Shown here: in pieces, positions 32,108 through 42,049 of the stretch
How positions within the stretch are numbered: the stretch's first letter is position 1
Layout: each line of letters starts with the position of its first letter
NCBI GenBank assembly: GCA_002269645.1
Contig: NIVC01002930.1
Coordinates: 62,001-126,000 of the forward strand
Length of the DNA stretch: 64,000 nucleotides
DNA from: Macrostomum lignano
Lineage: Eukaryota
Direction of reading: 5' to 3'
Notes under the pieces: generated by a model
Databases searched by the model: none
What the model was told of the DNA's origin: nothing
What the model saw: only the letters and a program-made list of their open reading frames with translations
Translations under genes and position numbers: made by a program

Positions 32108-32451
32108 GCGTTTTTTAAATAGCTGCGACAGCGCGAGACACCTTTATATCTGATACTCTCTATAGATTTTACCAGCATTCAACAGGGCCTTAAGAAACTG
32201 ACTTGAGTTTGCCTCAAACTCCCTGTTTACAACTCCCTAACGTTTTGTGGCGCACTTCCTGAATTTTTTGAGCATCCAGTGAGTGAGCTGTATTCATTGT
32301 TTTTGTGCTACCATTTCCGTGTCTTAGAACTGTCAATCATTCTTAGATTTACCTGCTTTTAGTGTTGAGTAACAGTTAAAGCATTTTTTAGATCGATATT
32401 TTAGTTTTTTAGATAATATAAAGTCTAGTTTCAATTTTTTTTCCAAAACCT

Positions 32452-32805
32452 CATAATCCGCTTCCCCTTGTCTATTAGAGGATAATCCGCTGCTCCCTTG
32501 TCTATTAGAGGATAATCCGCTGCCCCCTGTCTATTAGAGGATAATCCGCTGCCCCTTGTCTATTAGAGGATAATCCGCTGCCCCCTGTCTATTAGAGGAT
32601 AATCCGCTGCCCCTTGTCTATTAGAGGATAATCCGCTGCTCCCTTGTCTATTAGAGGATAATCCGCTGCCCCCTGTCTATTAGAGGATAATCCGCTGCCC
32701 CTTGTCTATTAGAGGATAATCCGCTGCCCCCTGTCTATTAGAAAGGATAATCCGCTTCCCCTTATCTATTAGAGGATAATCCCATACCCTCCTATTAGAG
32801 GATAA
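32452..32805. repeat. 29-30-bp minisatellite just upstream of the receptor exon
   Basis: ctattagaggataatccgctgccccttgt x~12. Confidence 0.95.
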
Positions 32806-32848
32806 ATCTAGAGATTTAAGCTCCGTGCCGACCCCCGTTGCCTTGCAG

Positions 32849-34672
32849 TCCGCTTCCCCAGGGCCAGAAATGTCAGGCGGCGGCAGCAGCAGACTGCGCG
32901 ACCGCAACGCCACGGTGATCCTGTGCGCCTGCCAGCCGCGAGATGCCAGGCACTGCCCGGCAGGCCAGTGCGCCACGACCTCCAGCTGTTACGCCAAGCT
33001 GCACCCTACAGCTGGCAGCAGCGAGCTGGGCTGCTTCAGCAACCGAACCGAGGGCCATCACGAGCTGGACAGAATGCAGTGCCGATCCAAAGCCCGCCGA
33101 CTCCAGGCCGGCGAAGGCGCTCAAAACGTGTTCTGCTGCGGCAATGCGGACTTCTGCAATAGAAATCTCACTAGCGGCTTGGACATTGGCGAGATTGGCC
33201 AAGCCGGCAGGACCGCCAGGCTGCCATCGGCTGCATCAACCAGGCAGGCATCTGGCCGGAGCGCTTCGGCTGCATCGCCGGGCGCCGCCGCCTTCCTGAC
33301 GCCGGAGCACGCAGCCCTGCTAGCCGTGGTGGCAGCGATGGCCGTAGCCCTGGCAGTCAGTTTAGCGCTGCTATTCCTGCTGTTCCTCAGGCGTCGTCAA
33401 CGAAGAAAAGGCGGCGGCGGCGGCGGCAGAGGCAACGTCAACATCGGCATCCTCGGCGGCCAGGCTGACTGCGGCGGCGCTCTGGTGGTGTCGCCCTCGT
33501 CCAGCTACCAGCAGCAGTCGTACGGGCCGCCAATTGCGGTGGCAGCAGCCGCCGATCCCAGACTGCCGGCCTCGCTATCCAGCCAGTGCGTGACCGACAC
33601 CGCGCTGACCAGCTCCGCCCTGACTGCCAGTTTCGACCTGTCATCTGGCAGCGGTCGGGGAGTGCCGTTCCTATTCGATCGCAGCGTCGCCCAGCAGGTC
33701 AAGCTGATCCGGCAGGTCGGCCAAGGCCGCTACGGCTCCGTGTGGGCCGGCCAGTACATGGGCGGCCGTCTGGCCGTGAAGATCTTCTGCTCCAGAGATG
33801 AGGCCAGCTTCCGTCGGGAATGCCAGATGTACACCAGCTTCCCGCTTGGCCACGAGAGTATACTGACATTCCGGGCTAGCGACATTACCAGCCGGGAGGG
33901 CTGCACCCAGTTCTGGCTGATCTCCGAGTACCACCCGCTTGGCTCGCTGCACGACTTCCTTCAACGGGAGCCGCCGCTGCCAGCCCGCCTGGGCCTTCAG
34001 CTGGCCCTGGGCGCCCTGTCCGGCCTCTGCTATCTGCACACCGAGGTTCGCGGCCTGCACGGCAAGCCGGCCATCGCACACAGGGACGTGAAGTCCAGGA
34101 ACATCCTAGTGAAGGAGAACCTGACCTGCTGCATAGCCGATCTCGGCCTGGCCGTGGTTGCTAGGGAGAAAGCGCCGCCCGAGATGCCGCCCAAGTCCGC
34201 TCGGGTTGGCACTAAGCGCTACATGCCGCCGGAACTGCTGGCTGACAGCTTCAACTGGCACGAGTTTGAGGCGTATAAATCTGCTGACGTGTACAGCATG
34301 GGCCTGGTGCTGTGGGAGATCGGCATCCGCATGGTCACTGAGGCCGGCTCGGCGCGGCCCTACGGCCTGCCCTATCACGAATTTGTTGGCATCGATCCGA
34401 GCTTTGACGAAATGAAAGAAATTGTCTGCCAGCGTCAACTGCGACCGGGCCTGCCGGACAGCTGGGCGGACAGCGCCACAATGCAAGCTTATCAGGCCCT
34501 GCTGGCTGAGCTGTGGCATGAGCTGCCGGCTGCCAGGCTGCCAGCCCTGCGAGCTGTCATGGATTTGACTCGGCTGGCTGAGCGACTGCCGCCGAACTCT
34601 GCGGAACTGTTGCAGAAGCAGCAGATGCTGATGGACACGGAGCCACTGTTAGCCGCGCGGAATGGCGTTTAG
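32849..34672 (+). CDS. ACVR1: TGF-beta/BMP type I receptor Ser/Thr kinase, ALK1/2 (ACVR1/saxophone) subclass; single large exon, signal peptide not found
   Basis: Cys-rich ectodomain with CC-x5-CN box, TM helix, GS box SSGSGRGVPFL, GQGRYGSVW, AVK, L45 loop ASDITSREGCTQ (ALK1/2/Sax type), HRDVKSRN, DLG, GTKRYMPPE. ttgcag acceptor at 32848; first ATG 32870. Confidence 0.9.
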   Translation, partial: SASPGPEMSGGGSSRLRDRNATVILCACQPRDARHCPAGQCATTSSCYAKLHPTAGSSELGCFSNRTEGHHELDRMQCRSKARRLQAGEGAQNVFCCGNADFCNRNLTSGLDIGEIGQAGRTARLPSAASTRQASGRSASAASPGAAAFLTPEHAALLAVVAAMAVALAVSLALLFLLFLRRRQRRKGGGGGGRGNVNIGILGGQADCGGALVVSPSSSYQQQSYGPPIAVAAAADPRLPASLSSQCVTDTALTSSALTASFDLSSGSGRGVPFLFDRSVAQQVKLIRQVGQGRYGSVWAGQYMGGRLAVKIFCSRDEASFRRECQMYTSFPLGHESILTFRASDITSREGCTQFWLISEYHPLGSLHDFLQREPPLPARLGLQLALGALSGLCYLHTEVRGLHGKPAIAHRDVKSRNILVKENLTCCIADLGLAVVAREKAPPEMPPKSARVGTKRYMPPELLADSFNWHEFEAYKSADVYSMGLVLWEIGIRMVTEAGSARPYGLPYHEFVGIDPSFDEMKEIVCQRQLRPGLPDSWADSATMQAYQALLAELWHELPAARLPALRAVMDLTRLAERLPPNSAELLQKQQMLMDTEPLLAARNGV

Positions 34673-34807
34673 TATTCTGCTAAATAATTCATTTAAGCTG
34701 GGGTAATTGATTCTCATTGTTCCAATTTATAAGTTTTATATAATTCCTCTTCTTTGCCTTCTAGGCTGAGCGATAATTAGCCATTGATTGATTGCAAATC
34801 TGTCACT

Positions 34808-35400
34808 AAATAATTAGCTACCTGAGTATTGACTAATTAGCTACCTGAATGTTGACTAATTAGCTACCTGAATATTGACTAATTAGCTACCTGAATATTA
34901 ACTAGTTAGCTACCTGAATATTGACTAATTAGCTACCTGAATATTGACTAATTAGCTACCTGAATATTAACTAGTTAGCTACCTGAATATTGACTAATTA
35001 GCTACCTGAATATTGAATAATTAGCTACCTGAATATTGACTAATTAGCTACCTGAATATTGGCTAATTAGCTACCTGAATATTGGCTAATAAGCTACCTG
35101 AATATTGACTAATTAGCTACCTGAATATTAACTAGTTAGCTACCTGAATATTGACTAATTAGCTACCTGAATATTGAATAATTAGCTACCTGAATATTGG
35201 CTAATTAGCTACCTGAATATTGACTAATTAGCTACCTGAATATTGGCTAATTAGCTACCTGAATATTGAATAATTAGCTACCTGAATATTGAATAATTAG
35301 CTACCTGAATATTGACTAATTAGCTACCTGAATATTGACTAATTAGCTACCTGAATATTGGCTAATTAGCTACATGAAAGGTGAATATCTACTAATTAGC
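34808..35400. repeat. 23-bp minisatellite
   Basis: taattagctacctgaatattgac x~25. Confidence 0.95.
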
Positions 35401-36384
35401 TATCTAAGATTGCCTGAAGGGTTATTCCGCATTGCGCCATCTGTTCTATAATTAAAATAGAACTCATTTAATCTTTAAGTCAGTGTATAAAAAATCTGTA
35501 AATCTGTACATCTGAACTGCCGATCGGCACAGGTCATCACCTTTCTCTTGCAAAACTTGCAAAGGTTTCTTCTTTTATGAGTACAGCTACACCCATTGCC
35601 GCTAATGTCTGTTATATAGCCGCAGTCTTTCCTGCTATTCTGCACTTTCGAATAATCTCTATATACATAAAATATATGCTAACGCAGCTGTATATCGGCG
35701 GTGTGGAAATTCTCTATATACAGAATTGGTTATTGATAGTAGTACATCATATTTTATAAATATGCTGAGCACACTCGGAATCTATTACATATGTATACAT
35801 ATTGCGCTAATATTAATTAATGTATTATTCATAATTGGCATTCATTAGCTTGCCAATTTAAATTGTTCTGCAATTTCTATTTATTATTATTATGTACAAC
35901 TAAATATACACACAAGTACATAATTACAGGGATGCGCGCTATTTGATAAATTCTGTGTCAAATTCGTTGAGAAAATTGTTTTAAAAATAGCTGAATTATT
36001 TGCAAAATCAATTGTTGGCATTTTCTACTACTGAATTGTTAGTAGTGCTTGTGGAACCTGGAGTTCGTAATAAGGTCTGCCTGCTCTCGTACATGTAGTA
36101 CATGTAGTGATCAAAATGCAGCCAATGATTTATGATCCAGCAGACAGATAAATGACGTACGTTAATTAAGGAGCTTTAAGAATCAATAAAAATCTCAATA
36201 AGACTCAATAAGAATACACTGCATTTGGCTGATGCCTCATCCTTATAGCTCCAAATTTTCAAATGATGGTACATGAGACTTCAAAAGTTTCACACAACAA
36301 GCGCTGACGCTGACTCCTGACTCCTGAGCAGAGCTGGAGTGTACAGAAAGTACACCAGACATTTAACTCTAATCGTAAGGCCTT

Positions 36385-36518
36385 ATGTACACTCTGTTGC
36401 CGAGGGGGCTGGCTCTCATCGGTGGTGAATCGCCCGACAACCTTCAGGCCTGTACATGTACACTCTGTTGCCGAGGGGGCTGGCTCTCATCGGTGGTGAA
36501 TCGCCCGACAACCTTCAG
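36385..36518. repeat. Tandem duplication of a ~71-bp unit
   Basis: atgtacactctgttgccgagggggctggctctcatcggtggtgaatcgcccgacaaccttcag occurs at 36385 and 36456. Confidence 0.9.
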
Positions 36519-36554
36519 TCGAAACTTCGTTGGCAAACTTTTAGCTGGAATTGA

Positions 36555-36770
36555 GATCTGAGAAGAGACGCAAACCTTGAGCGGGCCGGGTTGCTATTGT
36601 GAAGTTTCACAGGACCCGAGGGCCAGATGGAGAGGCTTCGCGGAGTTTGCCGACCCCCGCCCTTAAGCCAATGTTTGGTGCCCAACGAGTCCCAAATCGA
36701 ACTAAGGGGTCTTTGGCTGCCCTGCTCTGTAAAAGATTGGGAGCATGCCAATGCTTTGTTCCCCCACCTA
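36555..36770 (-). mobile_element. SINE-like dispersed repeat with a degenerate tRNA-like head
   Basis: B-box-like agttcgatttgg on the minus strand (~36700). A ~70-bp segment (gaagagac.caaaccttgagc.ggccgg.ttgctattgtgaagtttca.aggacccgagggcc) recurs at 49749-49818. Confidence 0.5.
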
Positions 36771-36822
36771 ACTTTGTGTCCCGTTATGGAAATCAATAAT
36801 TATGCTTCAGGGTGACAAAACA

Positions 36823-37263
36823 TAGTGCCTGCAGCGCTAAAATGAGTGCCTGCGGCGCTAAAATGAGTGCCTGCAGCGCTAAAATGAGTGCCTGCGGCGC
36901 TAAAATGAGTGCCTGCGGCGCTAAAATGAGTGCCTGCAGCGCTAAAATGAGTGCCTGCAGCGCTAAAATGAGTGCCTGCAGCGCTAAAATGAGTGCCTGT
37001 GGCGCTAAAATGAGTGCCTGCAGCGCTAAAATGAGTGCCTGCAGCGCTAAAATGAGTGCCTGCAGCGCTAAAATGAGTGCCTGCAGCGCTAAAATGAGTG
37101 CCTGCAGCGCTAAAATGAGTGCCTGCAGCGCTAAAATGAGTGCCTGCAGCGCTAAAATGAGTGCCTGCAGCGCTAAAATGAGTGCCTGCAGCGCTAAAAT
37201 GAGTGCCTGCAGCGCTAAAATGAGTGCCTGCAGCGCTAAAATGAGTGCCTGCAGCGCTAAAAT
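36823..37263. repeat. 21-bp minisatellite
   Basis: gagtgcctgcagcgctaaaat x~21. Confidence 0.95.
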
Positions 37264-37489
37264 GATCGCTGAGCGCTGAAAATTCACCGATTCTAAAAAA
37301 AACATATACGAGCGTACATGTGCATGTAGAATTCTTGGCTTTGTCCCCCCACCATAAAATCCATGGCGACGCCCCTGTGTCTATGGCATGTAGTCAGCTC
37401 TGCCTATTGAAATCAAAGAGGTGATAAAGTTTACTGACTAGCCATTTACTCTGATAAAATTCGTATTTCGCAGAGAAAAAAATTAAAGC

Positions 37490-39368
37490 ATGCTTCGCGC
37501 GGTGGTCATCGAGCAGCTGCCGGGCCTGGCCGTGATGGAGATCCGAGCCAAGATGCAGACAGCCGATGTAATCAGCCGGACCGCCATCCAGCACCGCCTC
37601 ATCACCATGTGCTGGGGCTGCCACCAGATTGTCTGCAACTCCTGCTGTTCCTCGCTGTGCATGCAGTGCCCGCTGTTCTCCGGCCGGCACACCACCTTCC
37701 TGCAGCGGTGAGGCCGGCCTGCCTGACCGACACATGTCCGTTCCAATACGCCCTTCTTCATTCCAATACGCCCTTCTTCATTCCAATCCGCCCTTCTTCA
37801 TTCCAATCCGCCCTTCTTCATTCCAATCCGCCCCTTCTTCATTCCAATCCGCCCCTTCTTCATTCCAATCCGCCCTTCTTCATTCCAATCCGCCCTTCTT
37901 CATTCCAATCCGCCCTTCTTCATTCCAATCCGCCCCTTCTTCATTCCAATCCGCCCCTTCTTCATTCCAATCCGCCCTTCTTCATTCCAATCCGCCCCTT
38001 CCTCATTCCAATCCGCCCCTCCTCATTCCAATCCGCCCCTTCCTCATTCCAATCCGCCCCTTCCTCATTCCAATCCGCCCCTTCCTCATTTCAATCCGCC
38101 CCTACTCATTCCAATCCGCCCCTTCCTCGTTTCAATCCGCCCCTTTCTCAATCCAATCCGCCCCTTTCTCAATCCAATCCGCCCTGCTACATTCCAATCC
38201 GCCCCTGCTAGACTCCAATCCAGCTCTGCTACATTCCAATCCGCCCTTGCTAGACTCCAATCCGGCCCTGCTATATTCCAATCTGCCCCTGCTAGATTCC
38301 AACCAGTCTTTTGTTTTCACCCGCTTATCTTCCCGTGTCGAACCCGCGGCCCCGCAGTTCGTGGGCGCGACAGCTGTCGGAGCGCTCGGACCAGGCCAAG
38401 AAGTCCATGTCGCCAGAGCTGGCACCGAAGTGTCCAGCCTGCGATCGCCTGCTGTGCGTCCTGTGCGATCTGGGCATCTGTCCCGGCTGCCTCAGACCGC
38501 CAAAGGCTCAAGCGCAGCCAGTCGCATCGTGAGTGGCAAAAAATATACCGCTAATTTATTGGGGGGGCGCCTTCTGTGTTATGGGGGGCGTCTTCTGTGT
38601 TATTGGGGGGCGCCTTCTGTGTTATTGGGGGCGCCTTCTGTGTTATTGGGGGGCGCCTTCTGTGTTATTGGGGGGCGCCTTCTGTGTTATTGGGGGGGCG
38701 CCTTCTGTGTTATTGGGGGGCGCCTTCTGTGTTATTGGGGGGCGCCTTCTGTGTTATTGGGGGGCGCCTTCTGTGTTATTGGGGGGCGCCTTCTGTGTTA
38801 TTGGGGGGCGCCTTCTGTGTTATGGGGGGCGCCTTCTGTGTTATTGGGGGGGGCGCCTTCTGTGTTATGGGGGGCGCCTTCTCAGACTGGCTCAGACTGG
38901 AGCTTTCGCTACTGTGTGCCGGCGGCAGCCTGATAAAATAATTTGCGTCAATCATTTGACAAAAACGCAATACTCTGCCAGCGAGCCGCCGAACGACTGC
39001 CCGGACTGCAGCCGACGGCTCTGCTCCGGCTGCGGCCGCTGCGAGTGCCGCCGCTGCCAGCAGGAGCTCTGCCAATCCTGCGTCCGCGTCCGACCTCGCC
39101 GATGTCCGGTCAAGTGTCCGAGCTCCGCATTGACCCTGCGGGACGAGGCGCTGCCCCAGCTGGCCAATGAGGCCGTCAAAGAGAAGAGGGAGGAGCCGGC
39201 GGCGGGGAAGGCGGGAAGGAAGGGCAAGAAGAAGCAGGCCAAGGACAAAAATACGGATGTGAGTTGGCTAAGTCGGGTTTTAATCCAGGATCAGTAAGGC
39301 TTCAAGACAGACACTAAGACAGACAGACAGACAGACAGGCAGACAGACAGACAGACAGACAGACAGGC

Positions 39369-39404
<36 letters not shown>

Positions 39405-39469
39405 GGACAGACAGGCAGACAGACAGACAGACAGACAGACGGACAGACACTAAGACAGACAAACAGACG

Positions 39470-39525
<56 letters not shown>

Positions 39526-39528
39526 CTA

Positions 39529-39565
<37 letters not shown>

Positions 39566-39592
39566 CTAAGACAGACAGACAGACAGACACTA

Positions 39593-39676
<84 letters not shown>

Positions 39677-40006
39677 GGACAGGCACACACCGGCCCTCTC
39701 CAGGCGGGCCAGCAGGCCCCTCCAAAGAACCTCCGCTGCCCAGCCTGCGACCGCCCCTGCAGCCTGGACCTGCTGGTCCGCGTGTTCTGCTGCCGCGGCA
39801 GGTGGGAGCCGCTGGTCAACTGCACGCACGGCAGGAAAGCCGGCCAAAACGAGGACGAGCAGCTCAACCGCCGGTTGGAGCTGGCGCTCTGCAGCTCGGC
39901 GGGCGAGAGCTGCGACTCCGAGGAATCCAGCGAGCCGAACGGCTTTGCCGAACTCATCCCGCCGCACTGCCGCATCTTCACCGGCCAGTGCAAGCAGGAA
40001 TTATGA
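37490..40006 (+). CDS. Uncharacterised 322-aa cysteine-rich (CxxC, putative zinc-binding) protein, 4 exons
   Basis: Exons 37490-37707, 38358-38528, 38982-39258 and 39704-40006 all have GT-AG boundaries, phases 2/2/0, and total 969 nt as one ORF. Repeated CP(A/D)C(D/S)R.(L)C modules. Confidence 0.75.
37750..38290. repeat. Intronic ~20-bp pyrimidine-rich minisatellite
   Basis: ttcttcattccaatccgccc(c) units in intron 1 of the Cys-rich gene. Confidence 0.95.
38558..38882. repeat. Intronic ~21-bp minisatellite
   Basis: gggggcgccttctgtgttatt units in intron 2. Confidence 0.95.
39304..39682. repeat. (GACA)n microsatellite
   Basis: Fills intron 3 of the Cys-rich gene. Confidence 0.97.
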
Positions 40007-40204
40007 GCTCGCAATTCAGCATCAGAGCTCTTAAAAGTGTTGCCAACCAATTGAACCGACAACTTTAAGTTTCCGTTAACATAGGGATTAAGGCTAGTTT
40101 TTGTAAACTAAAAATAGATTAAAAGTAGTTTAAATATTTTATTTTAATAAATTTTTAACAGAAAAATATTTTTTGTCTGTCGGTTTTTTTGTTGCTCCTC
40201 TTTG

Positions 40205-40495
40205 ACCCATCTAATGACCTATCCAGTGACCCATGTTAATGACCGATCCAGTGACCTACCCAGTGACCCACCCAGTGACTCATATCCAATAACCCACCCT
40301 GTGAACCATTCAATGCCCCACCCATGTGACCCATCCAATGACCCGCCCATGTGACCCATCCAATGCCCCACCCATGTGACCCATCCAATGCCCCACCCAT
40401 GTGACCCATCCAATGCCCCACCCATGTGACCCATCCAATGCCCCACCCATGTGACCCATCTAATGACCCGCCCAGTGACCCGTCCAGTGACCCAT
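40205..40495. repeat. ~25-bp minisatellite between convergent genes
   Basis: gtgacccatccaatgccccacccat units. Confidence 0.9.
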
Positions 40496-40711
40496 CTCAC
40501 TCTGACAAAGAAGTACATGTAGTAAAGAATTCGGAACTCGAAATTTTCGGAAAATCTCTGACACGCGACGCAGGCAATACACGCAGCTTCTTAATTATAC
40601 TACTTATAGTATGCAAGCTCTGTGAAAGGATGCTTGAACAAGCTGAGGATACACTAATTTAGCATACAGTACTTGTAATGTCGAAAAATGCAACAGAGAG
40701 CCAACAATCAC

Positions 40712-41677
40712 TCAGTACGGAGTCAGAGCTCCGTTGCCAGACGACCGCACAGCCAGCAGCACAGCTAGCAGCGTTACTATGGCAACCAGGGCGGCAACCA
40801 GCACGGCGGCGGCTATCAGGCGAGCGCGTCTCAACCGGCCAGCCAGCTGGAAGTCGATGATCACCGCCGATTCGAGATTGTCGGCTGCCGATTCGCACAG
40901 TTCGCCGGCGGCCTCCACCGCGGCGCGAACCTCGGCCAGCGCCGGGCCGTCCGCGGCTAGCAGCGCCCTGACCGACAGCATCAGCGTCAGCAGCTCGGAC
41001 AGACGCTCGGACAGGCCGCCGGCGGCCTCGTTGAAGTCGGCGTCACGGCACTCGGCAGCGAGAGCACCCCGGCTGAGCAGCAGGCCGGCGAACCGCCTCT
41101 CCAGCCGGACCAGCCGCCGCTCCGCAGAATCCGCCTGCAGTCGCCGGATTCTCCGCAGCGTCGGGCACGTTGACGAATCGACGCCGTCGACCTCGGCGGG
41201 TTCAACAGCGAATCTGGCCAGCGCCGAGCGGAACGCGGCGATCCGGGACGTCAGCGCCAGCCCGACCGTCAGGCTCAGCTCGGCGCCGCTGCTCTCCGCG
41301 TCAGCTGACCGCAGCGCCGCCTCCAGCGAGTCCAGCTGAGACTGCAGCTCCGCCGCGGCCGTCAGCAGTCGGCGCGCCGCTTCCACCGAGGCGCCCTCAG
41401 GCGGCTCCGGCGTCAGGCTTGTCGCGGACGACGGGACGTCGGCGAGCCGCGGCGGCTGACCGTCACCGCCCGCCGACGAGTCCAGCTGCATCAGCGGCCG
41501 CCATCGTCTCCACTGCCGCTGCCACCAAGGCCGCCCTGGCTGGAACTGGACCCTGGTCACCAGCTCCAGCTCATCGCCCGGACCATCCTCGGCAATCTGG
41601 TCCAGCCGCAGCAGCCGCCGCCTCTCATGCTCCTCGCTGGCCGCTAGCAGCTCCTGGGTTCGATCTCGAACTATCTT
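40712..41677 (-). CDS. Syntaxin-family (Qa-SNARE-like) tail-anchored protein, no intron in the CDS, no N-terminal ATG
   Basis: Frame open from 41677: KIVRDRTQELL (syntaxin N-peptide, cf. MKDRTQEL), helical Habc-like region, SNARE-like heptads (LSELLTLMLSVRALLAADGPALAEVRAAVEAA...NLESA), C-terminal TM LIAAAVLVAALVAIVTLLAVLLAV. Confidence 0.75.
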   Translation of the reverse strand, partial: KIVRDRTQELLAASEEHERRRLLRLDQIAEDGPGDELELVTRVQFQPGRPWWQRQWRRWRPLMQLDSSAGGDGQPPRLADVPSSATSLTPEPPEGASVEAARRLLTAAAELQSQLDSLEAALRSADAESSGAELSLTVGLALTSRIAAFRSALARFAVEPAEVDGVDSSTCPTLRRIRRLQADSAERRLVRLERRFAGLLLSRGALAAECRDADFNEAAGGLSERLSELLTLMLSVRALLAADGPALAEVRAAVEAAGELCESAADNLESAVIIDFQLAGRLRRARLIAAAVLVAALVAIVTLLAVLLAVRSSGNGALTPY

Positions 41678-42049
41678 CTAGGCCTTCTTAATATCGATTT
41701 TTTAACCTGTGTTGCCGCCAACCCGAAACTCAAATCAAAGAGTTTTAGCGCTCCGCGGGGCTCCTCTAGGCGGCTCCAAGCCAGGCTATTAGTCACCCTG
41801 ATAACAGTCAGGTAAGATAGCTGAGTAGGTTGAGCACACCTCACTCCGGAGCTGTGCGCTAGACTTTTTTGTTGCTTTTAACAAAAAGCGTGCAAAAATA
41901 TGTAAGCGATTTTATAAATTTGGACTTTGAGCGCGGAGTGCCAACTTGGGGAGGGGGATTGCGCACTTTGCTACAGGTAAACAGCTTTCTTTCCTTTGCA
42001 CACTTGGATGTACCGCATGTGCAATTTTACAGCTAAGAAATTCCACTCC

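Noticed and set aside
34808-35400. Regular short repeats that could be mistaken for CRISPR arrays (also 32452-32805, 36823-37263, 60255-60645)
   Set aside because: Head-to-tail repeats without unique spacers, no cas genes, eukaryotic context.
36555-36627. Possible self-cleaving ribozyme (HDV-like or hammerhead) in the segment shared with 49749-49818
   Set aside because: Could not build the HDV nested pseudoknot or find separate CUGANGA and GAAA cores by eye; kept only as a SINE-like repeat. An Infernal search would settle it.
36690-36770. tRNA gene
   Set aside because: Only a degenerate B-box; no cloverleaf can be formed.
37340-37378. hAT-like terminus (minus-strand CAGGGGCGTCGCC) to the right of the 21-bp array
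   Set aside because: No matching left terminus or TSD found.
39995-40006. C-terminal KQEL as an ER-retention signal
   Set aside because: The protein has no signal peptide, so a KDEL-like motif is probably coincidental.
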